Below, in pieces: positions 48,754-60,870 of a stretch of DNA of 64,000 nt. This stretch comes from Mustelus asterias (lineage: Eukaryota). Below the pieces are notes generated by a model. That model did not search any database. It saw only the letters and a program-made list of their open reading frames with translations, and was not told where the DNA came from. A program made the position numbers and the translations under genes. The stretch covers positions 74,772,001-74,836,000 of the forward strand of contig NC_135818.1 in NCBI RefSeq assembly GCF_964213995.1, read 5' to 3'. Every line of letters starts with the position of its first letter. The first letter of the stretch is position 1.

Positions 48754-49284
48754 AGATAAAGCTAGCAATCAAATTTATTTACTGATTACAGAGAAGCAAA
48801 TGAAAACAGCAGAACATTGCTGGTCCAAATGCTTGCGAAACAGAAAGATTGTATCAATGGCCCACATGTTCACTGGCATCTTCTGCAAAACAATTCAAAA
48901 TCTGCCAAACTGGTGAAGGACGCTGATGCTTATTGACTTCCTGAAATGATTTTTGTACATGGGTGTATCGATGTTCTTGCCCCCCGGCACCGAGCCTTGC
49001 TGTCACCCATAGACATAACCAAAACAGATTCTAGGACAGACTGCTTGATGCATCCACTCATCAAGAGGCCTCTGGATACAGAGCTGTCAATCAAGTCAAA
49101 TCAAAGGGACAGTGCATTGGCTGCATAGCACAACACAAAGATTTGCCAATTGCACCTGGCGTAGGCCGTACATATCTAAATAATTTTTTGACAAAGCATA
49201 ATATGATTTAGCTATAAGACAGGTTCACCAGGTCCTGCCTAAACTGCAACTCAAACCCCCTGGCGTGTAGCTTGTGGATATATT

Positions 49285-49866
49285 TGGCTCTAATGCTGCA
49301 ACTGTCCAGGACCTTGGTGAGACCACATTTGGAATATTGTGTGCAGTTCTGGTCACCTCACTATAAGAAGGATGTGGAAGCGCTGGAAAGAGTGCAGAGG
49401 AGATTTACCAGGATGCTGCCTGGTTTGGAGGGTAGGTCATATGAGGAAAGGTTGAGGGAGCTAGGGCTGTTCTCTCTGGAGCGGAGGAGGCTGAGGGGAG
49501 ACTTAATAGAGGTGTATAAAATGATGAAGGGGATAGATAGAGTGAACGTTCAAAGACTATTTCCTTGGGTGGATGGAGCTATTACAAGGGGGCATAACTA
49601 TAGGGTTCGTGGTGGGAGATACAGGACGGATATCAGAGGTAGGTTCTTTACGCAGAGAGTGGTTGGGGTGTGGAATGGACTGCCTGCAGTGATAGTGGAG
49701 TCAGACACTTTAGAAACATTTAAGCGGTTATTGGATAGGCACATGGAGCACACCAGGATGATAGGGAGTGGGATAGCTTGATCTTGGTGTCAGATAAAGC
49801 TCGGCACAACATCGTGGGCCGAAGGGCCTGTTCTGTGCTGTACTGTTCTATGTTCTATGTTCTATA
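49285..49866 (+). mobile_element. CR1/HER1-like 3' end
   Basis: LVRPHLEYCVQFWSPH...RGDLIEVYKMMKG; (TGTTCTA)n tail. Confidence 0.92.
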
Positions 49867-49904
49867 ATCCTCCATTGTGGATCAAAATAGGAGTGTTTCC
49901 ATCT

Positions 49905-50635
49905 TTATTTGATTTGATTTATTATTGTCACATGTATTGGGATACAATGAAAAGTATTGTTTCTTGCACGCTATACAGACAAAACATACCGTTCATAGAG
50001 TTCATAGGGGAGAAGAAAAGGAGCGGGTGCAGAATATAGTGTTGCAGTTACAGATAGAGTGTGGAGAAAGATCAGCTTAATATGTGGTAGGTCCATTCAA
50101 AAGTCGGATGGCAGCAGGGAAGAAACTGTTCTTGAGTTGGTTGGTACATGTTCTCAAACTTTTGTATTTTTTTCCCTGCAGAAGAAGAGTATGTCCAGGG
50201 CGCGTGGTTGTCTTTAATTATGCTGGCTACTTTCCTGAGGCAGCGGGAAGTGTAGACGGAGTCAATGGATGGGAGGTTGGTTTGAGTGATGTACTGGGCT
50301 ACGTTCACAACCCTTTGTAGTTTCTTACGATCTTGGACAGAGCAGGAACCATACCAAGTTGTGATACATCCGGGAAGGATGCTTTCTATGGTGCATCTGT
50401 AAAAATTGGTGAGAGTCCTAGCGGACATGCTGAATTTCCTTAGCCTTCTGAGAAAGTAGATGCATTGGTGGGCTTTCTTAACTATAGTATCAGCGTGGAG
50501 GGACCAGGACATGTTGTTGATAATCTGGACACTTAGAAACTTGAAGCTCTCGACCATTTCCACTTCATCGCTGTTGATGAAGACAGGTGCATGTCCTCCA
50601 CTATGTTTCCTGAAGTCGATGACTACTTCCCTTGT
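49905..50635 (-). mobile_element. Rex1/Babar-like LINE 3' part
   Basis: ORF VESFKFL..KKAHQCIYFLRRLRKF..LTNFYRCTIESIL..CITTWYG is typical of the Rex1-group C-terminus. Confidence 0.88.
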
Positions 50636-51105
50636 TTGATATTAAACAATTTAAAAGCAACCACATTGTTGCACATCCAGCAAAAGTCAGAAGGACTTAA
50701 ATTACATAATGTTGTGCTTCACTAAACAGAACATATGCGACTGGGAGGTTGCTGATATAACACCTTGAAGAAGGGAGAGAAGGATAAGCTAGGTAATTAG
50801 AGACCATTTAAGTCTAACATCTGCTGTGCTCTAACTCTAGACTCAAGAATTAATGCTTACATTAATGAACATTTAAGTTGGATGAGATAATCAAGGAATA
50901 ACCATCGGAGATCTGGCAACAGAAAATGTTGTTCAGCCAATTTAGCAGAATTTCTCTGAAAAAGTGTCAGATTGTTTAGAAGAAGGATATGCAGGGGTCA
51001 AAATTCCTTGGAACACAAGCCAATATTGATCCCATTGTTGTGTGTGGGCCTTGCAGGTGCATCCATTTAGCACAGCAATAAATGCCACTATAGCTAAGTA
51101 GGGAG

Positions 51106-51405
51106 TGGTACGGTGGCACAGTGGTTAATACTGCTGCCTCACAGCGCCAGGCACCCGGATTCAATTCCTGGCTTGGGGCACTGTCTGTGCGGAGTCTGCA
51201 CTTCTCCCTGTGTCTGCGTTTCCTCCGGGTGCTCTGGTTTCCTCCCACAGCCCAAAAGACGTGCTGGTTATGTACATTGGCCATGCTAAATTCCCCCTCA
51301 GTGTACCCGAACAGGTGCCGGAGTGGGACGACTAGGGATACCTCACAGTAACTTCATTGCAGTGTTAATGTAAGCCTACTTGTGACACTGATAAATAAAC
51401 TTTAA
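51106..51405 (+). mobile_element. V-SINE type B
   Basis: Head, V core, type-B tail. Confidence 0.9.
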
Positions 51406-51569
51406 AACTTAAATGCCTACCTGGCAATGTGTGTTTTGGTGCCCTCCCGCTGCAGGGAAAGTGCGGAATGCCCAGTTGGTCAAACTCTCAAGGTATGCCA
51501 GCTCCCAGCAAAGCTGTTTGAACAGCAACCTCTGATATAGGAAAACCCTGTTCCTTGTGGCATTTACAT

Positions 51570-51800
51570 GGTGTCAGTTGTGCTTCAGTGGTAGCACCCT
51601 CACATCTGAGTCAGAGGATCATGAGATCAACTCCCACACCACAGACCTGAGCACATAATATTGGCTTACGCGACAGTGCTGTCCGCAGGGAGTACCGCAC
51701 TATCAGAGCTTCCATCTTCTGGATGGGATGTTTAACCAAGGCCCTGTCTTCCCTCTTGCTTGGATGTAAAAGAACCCATGCTACTATTTGGAGAACAGCA
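51570..51800 (+). mobile_element. DeuSINE (SacSINE1-like), decayed
   Basis: tRNA-like head then Deu-domain-like TCTTCTGGATGGGATGTTTAACCAAGGCCC...GATGTAAAAGAACCCATG. Confidence 0.6.
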
Positions 51801-52639
51801 GGCAAGTGCGTTCCAGGCACCTGCCACTCTCTGTGTGAAACTTTTGCCCCTCACATCTCCTTTGAGCTTTCCCCCTCTCACCTTAAGTGCGTACGATAAA
51901 ATTTATATAATTGCACCCCTAGACCTCAATTCTCATCATCTTTTCTGTAGATAATTTTGGCTGCATCCAAAATTTACTCTCATTAGCCAACATTTCCTTC
52001 CTCCCAGAAGTTACCACCTCACTTTTTAATCACGCTGAATTTCTTCCAACATCAATCTGCCCATTCTACAAACCCTTCCTTATCCTCCTGAAGTCACTCA
52101 CGGTCTTGAATGGGGCCCCCTCTATAAACAAATCCAGATCATGTGTAACCATTGAGGAGAGCTCTGAGCCCTTTTACTGTTCCCTGGATGATGCCACTAT
52201 GTAGGAACATAGGCACAGGAGCAGGTCACTCAGCTCGTGAAACTGTTTCAACATTCAATTAGATTATGGCTGATTTGCAATTTAAATCTAGCAGCCCACA
52301 TTAGTGCTTTAACCCTTGTTACTCTTGGCTAAAAAGGCTGAGATGAAGAAATATTGAAGAGAAATTGTTTTAAAGTGTAGGAGAATGAAGCAAAGACTTC
52401 CTCGAGGTGGGAAAGTCATTCAACAGTTGGGGAAGTGCCCTACAGTTAGCTTTATTGAACTTGGGAATTGGTGCATGGCCTGAGAAAATCAATGGAACTA
52501 GAACTAAAGTGAGAGGTGGGGTTATCACTCTCAAGAAGTCAATAAATATGGTCCCCCCCCCCCTTTCTCTTTGCATCTACTTAAAGCAAGTGCTCAGATA
52601 GACAGTTACATCTCTCTGTAGTGCCTTGTTTCATCTGTT

Positions 52640-52950
52640 AAAGTTAAAGTTTATTTATCACTGTCACAGGTAGGCTTGCATTCACACTGCAATGAAGTTA
52701 ATGTGAAAATCCCCGAGTCGCCACACTCCAGCACCTATTCGGGTACACTGAGGGGAATTTAGTATGGCCAGTGCACCTAACCAGCACATCTTTGGACTGT
52801 GGGACGAAACCGGAGCACCCAGAGGAAACACACGCATACAGAGTGAGAACGTGCAAACTCCACACAGACAGTGACCCAAGCCGGGAATCGAACCCAGGTC
52901 CCTGGTGCTGTGAGGCAGCAGTGCTAACCACTGTGCCAACATGCCACCAT
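52640..52950 (-). mobile_element. V-SINE type B
   Basis: Full-length. Confidence 0.9.
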
Positions 52951-53790
52951 ACAGAAGAGTCTAAGATCATCTAAACTTAGTAACCAGATTTGGTTTATAG
53001 ATTAAATAGTTCTGGGCTTCACAGAATGGAAAAGGAAAGTTGAATGTGTGCTGTAAGCCTTTGGAATTCGGCACATTGTATCATAAACTCCAATGCTACA
53101 TAAGAAGAACTGTGGGAGACTGTTGGCCTAGTTTGAGGTCAACGACCACGTAGATTGGGCAGATAAGAGACATGTGTGTGCAAGAACAGATGTCTACAAC
53201 ATTCACTGAAAAGTCTTGTCTGGAACAAAAATCCCCTAAAAAGCTGTTATGCAAAAAAAAACTTTCAGTGTGGTTAACAAGGTTTGGTTTCTCTTGAGTT
53301 GGTTTGGTTTCTCTTGAGTTTTTTGCATTCATCAATGTGAAGGGAAAACAGAGCCAGAGAATGGAACATTGGAGCTCTTATCTACATGGCATCTCATCTC
53401 AATGAAAGGATCCTGCAGAGGTCAGGCTCATTACAGAGATGGTTTCAATCCCCCACCCACTTTACAAAGCACGAGCACCTCCATGTACTTGCCCCTCACT
53501 CAAACTCAAAAAACCCAATCTACATGGCCGTTGACTTCAAACTAGGCCAACAGTCTCCCACAGTCCTTCTTACATAGCATTGGAGTTTATGATACAATGT
53601 GCCGAATTCCAAATGCTCACAGCACTCATTCAACTTTCCTTTCCCACTCTGTGAAGCCCAGAACTATTTAATCTATAAACCAAATCTGGTTACTGAGTTT
53701 AGATGATGTTCGACTCTTCAGTGTGGTGGCACAGTGCAGCCTCACAGCACCAGGGGTCCGTGTTCGATTCCTGGCTTGGGTCACCATCTG

Positions 53791-54409
53791 GGTTTAAGTT
53801 TATTTACAAGTCACAAGTAGGCTGACATTAACACTGCAATGAAGTTACTGTGAAAATCCCCCAGTCACCACACTCCGGCGCTTGTTTGGGTAGCACGGTG
53901 GCACAATGGTTACCACTGCTGCCTCACAGTGCCAGGGAACCGGGTTCGATTTCCGGCTTGGGTCACTGTCTGTGCGGAGTTTGCATGTTCTCCCCGTGTC
54001 CGTGTGGGTTTCCTCCGGGTGCTCCGGTTTCCTCCCACAGTCCAAAGATGTGTGGGTTAGGTAGATTGGCCATGATAAGTTACCCCTTAGTGTCGGAGGG
54101 ACTAGCAAGGATAAATGTATGGGGATAGAGACAGGGTGAGATTGTGGTCGGTGCAGACTCGATGGGCTGAATGGCCTCCTTCTGCACTGTAGGGATTCTA
54201 TGATTCTATGTTCGGGTACACTGAGGGAGAATTTAGCACGGCCAATGCACCTAACCGACACTTCTTTCGGACTGTGAGAGGAAACCGGAGCACCCGGAGG
54301 AAACCCACGCAGACATGGGGAGAATGTGCAAACTCCACACAGACAGTGACCCAAGCCGGGAATCGCGCTGTGCGGCAGCAGTGCTAATCACTGTGCTACC
54401 ATGCCGCCC
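53791..54409 (-). mobile_element. V-SINE type B with a nested antisense type-A HE1 (53893-54208)
   Basis: Direct repeat TGTT(T/C)GGGTA at 53883-53892 and 54209-54218 flanks the nested copy. Confidence 0.9.
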
Positions 54410-55010
54410 CTTTGAAATTTGTTATTTAAGTTACACGCAATCCTTAAAGCCTTCTCAACTTCCAGCACAGTTACTGAATTGGTGCTTGTAACACAATCTG
54501 CAGAGTTCCATATTGGGCAAATTCTGACACACATTTTATCTGTGTATAAATAAGAAAACTGTCTTCATTCAGAGGGTTCTGAGGCTTTGGAATTCCTCAC
54601 TCTGGGTGGCTGTGAATGGCACAGTCACAGAATATATACAAGCCGCTGAGATCAATGGATTTTTGGTCTCTGAGACAAACAAGGAATATGGGGATTAGAC
54701 AAGAGAGTGGAGCTGAGGTTCAGGTTTAGCCCTGATCCTGGTGAATGTGTGACAGGGGAATGATGGCCCACATTTGCTTCAATTTCTGATGTTCTGGCCA
54801 CATCTTTTAAGGTCCGGATTTACTAAATTTGGATTCTCTTTGCTTCAGAGATGCCAAATCCCTTTTTAAAAATAATTAGCCACATGTATGTGTGGGAGGG
54901 CATACTTTTAATGTCAGAGCTTTCATCTCTCAACATCCCAGTAGCTAACAGGAAAACAAGCTGAGGCATTGGAAGCAAAGCAACAAGGCTGATTAAAATA
55001 AGCCATTCTT

Positions 55011-55325
55011 CGTAGAATCCCACCAGGACAGAAAGAGGCCATTCGGTCCATTGAGTTTGCACCGATAACAATTCCATCCAGGCCCTAACCCCATGCATTC
55101 ACCCTAGCTAGTCCTCCTGACACTAAGGAGCAATTTAGCACGGCCAATCCACCCAACCCGCACATCTTTGGACCGTGGGAGGAAACCGGAGCACCCGGAA
55201 GAAACCCTCGCAGTCACAGGGAGAATGTGCAAACTCCACACAGACAGTGACCCGAGGTGGGAATTGAACCCAGATCCCTGGGTGCTGTGAGGCAGCAGTG
55301 CTAACCACTGTGCCACCGTGCCACC
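55011..55325 (-). mobile_element. HE1-type V-SINE (type A)
   Basis: Head, V core, tail. Confidence 0.9.
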
Positions 55326-55855
55326 CTTATTTTCCTGATTTTCTTGATGAACCACGCTGAAGGAAGGTGCCTATTCTCTAGTGTCTAGGGTCTTAGTGCA
55401 GGGAAAGTATCTGAGCTAGGCAGGCTGTTTCTATGTAGCTGCTACACTGAAGTTTCTTGGGAAACGATGATAATGTAATGGAGGGCTTTGTAAATCATAT
55501 CGGTGTTTATCACTCCATTCCAAAACTTCACAGTGGAAACTGTGTTGAGGAGAAAATGATTTCACTTCGAAGGAGCTCAGACACTTAAAGACAATTAGAT
55601 GTCGTGGAGGAAACATATTATAGATGTCAAGATGATGTCATGTGTAAGCAATGATCTTACGGAATCATAGTAGCAATTTTTACATACAAAATATCTTCTG
55701 TGTTTATAGAACATAATGGAAAATGTTTACCTATCAGCTTTAAGGGCGATCTTAAGTGTTGCCCACCTGAAATTGGCACTGTTTGAATATTCTCATGGTT
55801 CCTTTTGCGAGCTGCCATAGAGAAATGTTTGAATGTTGTCGAAAAGAGAGACACG

Positions 55856-56315
55856 TTGCTGAAGCTTTTGGTTTTGCACTCACCAGGACAAATGCAAGAA
55901 TTCCAAATTTCAAACCATTGCAACAATTTATACCACAGGGGAGAAAGGGTCCTCACTGGTTGGCAAAGTTGGCTCTAATAGTCCAAGGCATTGTCAAGGG
56001 AGAAGGCAACAGGGAACGGCACCCACACTTCCGGTTAATTCAGGTTGTTAATGACCAATTTAACATAATCAGCCAAGTTCATAATGCGGCTCATTTATGC
56101 TTGCTGGAAGTGACATCCATTCATACACAGGGACCCATCCTCTGTAAACAAAAACAATGTGTTCCAACCTTGTGCCATTTTTTGGATTTCCCTGGAAGTA
56201 TGGGTAAGCATGGGGAAAGAACTGCCTATTTCCTATGGTATAAATTGTTGTGGCCATTTGAAATTTGGCATTCTTGTGTTTGTCCTGATGAGAGGCAGGA
56301 CTAAAGGTTCAACAA
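55856..56315 (+). mobile_element. Penelope-like element 3' end (second family) with inverted terminal repeat
   Basis: FNIISQ..AHLCLLEVTSIHTQGPILCKQKQ resembles the PLE GIY-YIG C-terminus; CTGATGAG at 56285; inverted arm 55856-55945. Confidence 0.65.
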
Positions 56316-56346
56316 TAAGTTATATTCAAGAAAAACATCTGTTTAT

Positions 56347-56825
56347 GGGGAGACAATGACCTAGTGGTATTATCGCTGGGTTATTAATCCAGAAACATAG
56401 CTAATGTTCGAATCCCGCCAGATGGTGGAATTTGAATTTGATAAAAAATATCTGGAATTAATAATCTACTGATGACCGTGAATCGATTGTCAGAAAAACC
56501 CATCTGGTTCACTAATGTTTGGACAGTTACATGGGTAAGATGGCTACAGAGGGATATGGGCCAAACGCGGGCAATTGGGACCAGCTTAGTGGTTAAAAAA
56601 AAAGGGTGGCATGGACAAGTTGGGCCAAAGAGCCTGCTTCCATGCTGCAAACCTCTATGACTCTATGTCCTTTAGGGAAGGAAATTTGCCGTCTTTACTT
56701 GGTCTGGCCTACATGTGACTCCAGAGCCACAATGATGTGGTTGACTCACAACTGCCCTCCAAGGGCAAGAACTGATGGGCAATAAATGCTGGCCCAACCA
56801 GTGATATTCATGTCCCATGAATAAA
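56347..56825 (+). mobile_element. tRNA-derived SINE family 2 with a nested CR1 tail (~56518-56666)
   Basis: SINE resumes at TGTCCTTTAGGGAAGG after the insert. Confidence 0.85.
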
Positions 56826-57509
56826 TTTTTTAAAAAACTTTCTTTGCATAAAATATACCACCAGTCTACTCAGGCAAATCCAGCTGTAGCCTGATGCCAA
56901 AGTCCTTGGCAATACCTGGTATAGTGACAGGCATGATGGGCATGCCATGTCTAGCTTGACCTGACCCAGGGACAACAAAATGGGAGTGGGGGGGGAAGGA
57001 GGGTTGTGGGGGAGCAGTAGCTGAGCTGGACCCTGTGATCAAGTTGCTAATAATTCAGCATACATTTTCTTTTGAAGGAATGAAAGAGTCCTGATTTACA
57101 TTTCATTAAATAGAAATAAAACATGCAGCTCATTTAGGCCTCATCAAAAAGACAAAATAATAAATGTGCTTAGGCTCCCAATGATTGTAATACTTCAAAC
57201 TCTATAGTCCTCACTAACGGCTCCAGGCCAGTTGACTGATATTGTGTGAAGGTCCTTCTATTAAAACCATAATGAGTCATTTGGAAATGACAGGACTTTT
57301 AAAACTGCTATTCCGCCCCTCTGATATACGACAAGCTGGCTTAATGCTGAGGCCTGTTGCTAAATTGATGAATTTAAAGTAAGCCGTGTCTTGTTGCAGA
57401 TTTACTAATGTTGCAATATTCTTCTCAAGTGTGACTGAAGTTCCACTTAACTGTTCCACACCTTAATACGTGGGTTTAGACTAATCAAATAACACCATTA
57501 TTTTGGGGC

Positions 57510-57792
57510 AGCAGCACTGCTGTCTCACAGCGCCAGGGAACCGGGTTCGATTCCAGTCTTGGGTGCAAACTGTGTGGAGTTTGCATGTTCTCCCCATGTG
57601 TGCATGGGTTTCCTCCCACACTCCAAAGATGTGCGGATTATGTTGATTGGCCGTGCTAAATTGCCCTTTAGGGTCATGGGAGTAGCAGGGTAAATACGCA
57701 GGGTTACAGGAAAAGGACCTGGGTGGGATTGTTGTCAGTGCAGGTTTGATGGGCTGATTGGCCTCCTTCTGTACTGTAGGGATTCTATGACC
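57510..57792 (+). mobile_element. HE1-type V-SINE (type A)
   Basis: V core and tail. Confidence 0.88.
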
Positions 57793-57934
57793 ATTGCCCA
57801 CCAGGTGGATTCTGTTACTGCCCGAACATAAAATAACCAACTCCAAAACTTCTGTTGTCACCTTATCGAGGTATATGACAGGAGGCAGCCATGCACAGTT
57901 GAGACCTTTATGATGTCCCTTTTTTAAATTTATA

Positions 57935-58272
57935 AGTGGGACATGGGTGTCGCGGGCTGGCCAGCATTTATTGCCTATCCCGAGTTGCCCTTGGAGGGCA
58001 ATTGAGAGTGAACCGTATTGCTGTGGATCTAGAGTCACATGTTGGCCAGACCGGGTAAGGAAGGCAGATTTCCTTCTCTAAAGGACATTAGTGAACCAGA
58101 TGGGTTTTTCTGACAATCAACAATGGTTTCATGGTCATCAGTAGATTCTTAATTCCAGATTTTTTTTATTGAATTCAAATTCCATCAGCTGCCAATGGTG
58201 GGATTTGAACCCAGGTCCTCAAAATGTTAGTTGAATTTCTGGATTTGTAGTCTAGCTAGGCTATTGCCTCGC
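57935..58272 (-). mobile_element. tRNA-derived SINE family 2
   Basis: Matches 1838-2181. Confidence 0.85.
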
Positions 58273-58394
58273 CTAGTAATATTACTGGTGTGTTCAGGGT
58301 TAAATTATTTTATTTAAGGTGGGATCCAGTCACCTTTCTGATGGGTGAGTGGTCTGGGATTCCCCTGCATGTGTAGATTTCACAGGTGCACCTT

Positions 58395-58710
58395 TCTGAT
58401 TGTTTCACAGCTTGGTATGGCTCCTGTCCTGTCCAAGACTGCAAGAAACTACAAAGGGTCATAAACGAAGCCCAGTCCATCACGCAAACCAGCCTCCCAT
58501 CCATTGACTCCGTCTACACTTCCCACTGCCTCGGCAAAGCAGCCAGCTAAATGAAGGATCCCATGCACCCCAGACATACTCACTTTCACCTTCTTCCATC
58601 AGGTAAAAGATACAAAAGTCTGAGATCACCTACAAACCAACTCAAGAACAGCTTCTTCCCTGCTGCCATCAGACTTTTGAATGGACCTACCTTATATTAA
58701 GTTAATCTTT
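58395..58710 (+). mobile_element. Rex1/Babar-like LINE fragment
   Basis: Matches 48330-48600. Confidence 0.8.
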
Positions 58711-59314
58711 ATATTAAGTTAATCTTCTGACAAAGTTTTGATTCCCAGTCAGATCAACCCCGGAGGAAATTTCTAGTGTACGTCTCTATTCTTCTAAGAA
58801 CAGCAAGTAGACATGTGTTTCGCACTTGCTCTATCACTTCCAACTCTCAGGGAATGAAACAAGACCATGTTCTGCAATCTAAACTCCAACGATTAAAAGG
58901 GAAATTCTGCAGAGAAATTCACCTCCAGTAAAAGCTGCACAGAGCTGGATTCATGCTGTTTGATATTAGGAAGGAACTGGCTATATTGTTCTTGTGTCTT
59001 CGTACACTACCTTAACAATTGGTATAACCCATTCGGCTTAACAGCTCATTAAGATAGCAGACAGAGGAATTTGATACCAGCATGTTAACACATTCATTAC
59101 TAATTTGCACAGCGCGATTTCAACCCATATTTGATGAAAAAAAAAGTGTTGTTTGGGAGGAAGAAAACTGCATTGCAAAGTTTTCAGACTTGCAACATCC
59201 TGCAATCCTTTTGGTGCCTCTTGTTAAGTAGTTGATGCCTGGCTGCAGTAATGGGACACCAGCGTTTGAGAACTGAATGATCTTGCCCTTGTCACCGATC
59301 AGATTAAGTTCAGG

Positions 59315-59458
59315 TTTGATTTGATTTGATTTATTATTGTTACTTGTATTAACATACAGTGAAAAGTATTGTTTCTTGCGTGCTATACAGACAAAACATA
59401 CTGTTCATAGAGAAGGAAACGAGAGAATGCAGAATGTACTATTACAGTCATAGCTAGG
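59315..59458 (-). mobile_element. Rex1/Babar-like LINE tail
   Basis: (TTTGA)n TTTATTATTG... Confidence 0.8.
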
Positions 59459-59755
59459 GGTTGTGTGTGGAGTTTCTAGTTTGTTAATATTAGATTACAG
59501 GTGTGTGAAATTTGTTTCACTATTTATTACATTTTTTTTAATACACTTCCTTGCCGCTGCACATGGTTCTCTCACACTGACAGCTCCGGAGCATTTGGAT
59601 GCGGAGAGAGGCTGTTGCTGAAGTCCGGTTTCTTTTTCCGTAGGTTTCCCCGTTAAGGGTCTCCAGACACAGCGAAGGTGGAATGGAAATGGAAATCTAA
59701 AAATCGACACATGAAAATTCCAATGTGGTTCTCCCACTCTCCAGCTGTAGCTTTG

Positions 59756-60115
59756 AATCGTAGAATCCCTACTGTGCAGAGAGGCCATTCAGCCCATCCA
59801 GTCTGCACACACTCTCTGACAAAGTATTACACCCAGGCCCACTGCCCCACCCTATCCCTATAACCTCACACATTTACCATGGCTAATCCAACTAATCTAC
59901 ACATCTTGGGACACAAAGGGGCAATTTAGCATGGCCAATCCACCTAACCCGCACATTTTTGGACTGTGGGAGAAAACCGGAGGACACAGAGGAAACCCAC
60001 ACAGACACGGGGAGAACATGCAGACTCCACATAGACGGTGACCCAAGCCGGGAATCGAACCCGGATCCCTGGTGCTGTGAGCCAACAGTGCTATCCACTG
60101 TACCACCGTGCCACC
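59756..60115 (-). mobile_element. HE1-type V-SINE (type A)
   Basis: Head, V core, tail. Confidence 0.9.
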
Positions 60116-60184
60116 TTCAAGGAGGTTATGATGAACTTATACAAGACTCAAGGTCGACCTCAGCTGGAATATTGTGACAGAAGT

Positions 60185-60870
60185 CTCTCCTCTGAGAGGG
60201 ACTGGCAAATCTGCATGGCCACGTCAACTCTAGTCCCAGTAGTGCCAGTGGCAGCAGTGGCCAGGACTGAGCTAAAAGCAATCCCCAGATTGTAAGTCCC
60301 GGAGTTAAGGGCCAGTTAAGTACAGGGGGCTCTCATGGTGGGTGGGTTGGTAAGGCCTGGGAAGGGTGTGGAGAGTGGGATTGGAGGTCTTGAAGGAAAA
60401 GGCCAGGAGAGGCCGGAGCACCCATGAAAGGGGCAAGCAATCATAAGAACAAGAAGCAGGAATAGGCTATTCAACCCTTCGAGTTTTTGGGAGGACCCCT
60501 GATGTATAAAGAGGGACCTTGAGGGAGCTGCAATCCAAGGCCAAAAGCCACCAGCCATTCCCCCCCCCCACCACCCTCCACCTCTCCCCCCGACCACCAC
60601 CCCCCACGAGCCTGAACTCTTCCTCAAAACCTCAAAATTGAGGCCAGGCCCTTCAATTATCAATACTTAAGAGCCTCAATTGGTGTGAGGGCAGGCATGC
60701 CACCTTAAATCTCTCCGCCACCCAGCACCTCATCCACTCGCCCATAAAAGTACAGGTTGAGGGTGAGTGAGGCTGGGGCAGGGGGGTGGCACAGGAAGAT
60801 TGCCTGCGGAATGTTATGAGCCCATCCCCCACTTGCAAACCCACAAGTGGTGGACCGTAAAATTCTAACC
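60185..60870. mobile_element. Longer GC-rich Harbinger-like non-autonomous element fragment
   Basis: Ends GTAAAATTCTAACC; reverse similarity to 7612-8150. Confidence 0.45.

Noticed and set aside
53281-53320. Perfect 20-bp tandem duplication (others at ~38788-38825 and ~58692-58727)
   Set aside because: Ordinary slippage-type microduplications
59540-59700. CpG-rich unique patch with acceptors on both strands and faint similarity to 17990-18020
   Set aside because: No frame gives a recognisable peptide; the similarity is short and differs in phase
383-60115. Apparent minus-strand bias of type-A SINEs (about 12 vs 4)
   Set aside because: Small sample, and type-B copies show no such bias; not enough to infer host-gene orientation
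342-60177. Many ORFs translating as MVAQWLALLPHS.. / MVSTAASQ.. / ..EETHADTGRTCKLHTDS
   Set aside because: They are incidental reading frames through V-SINE copies, not genes
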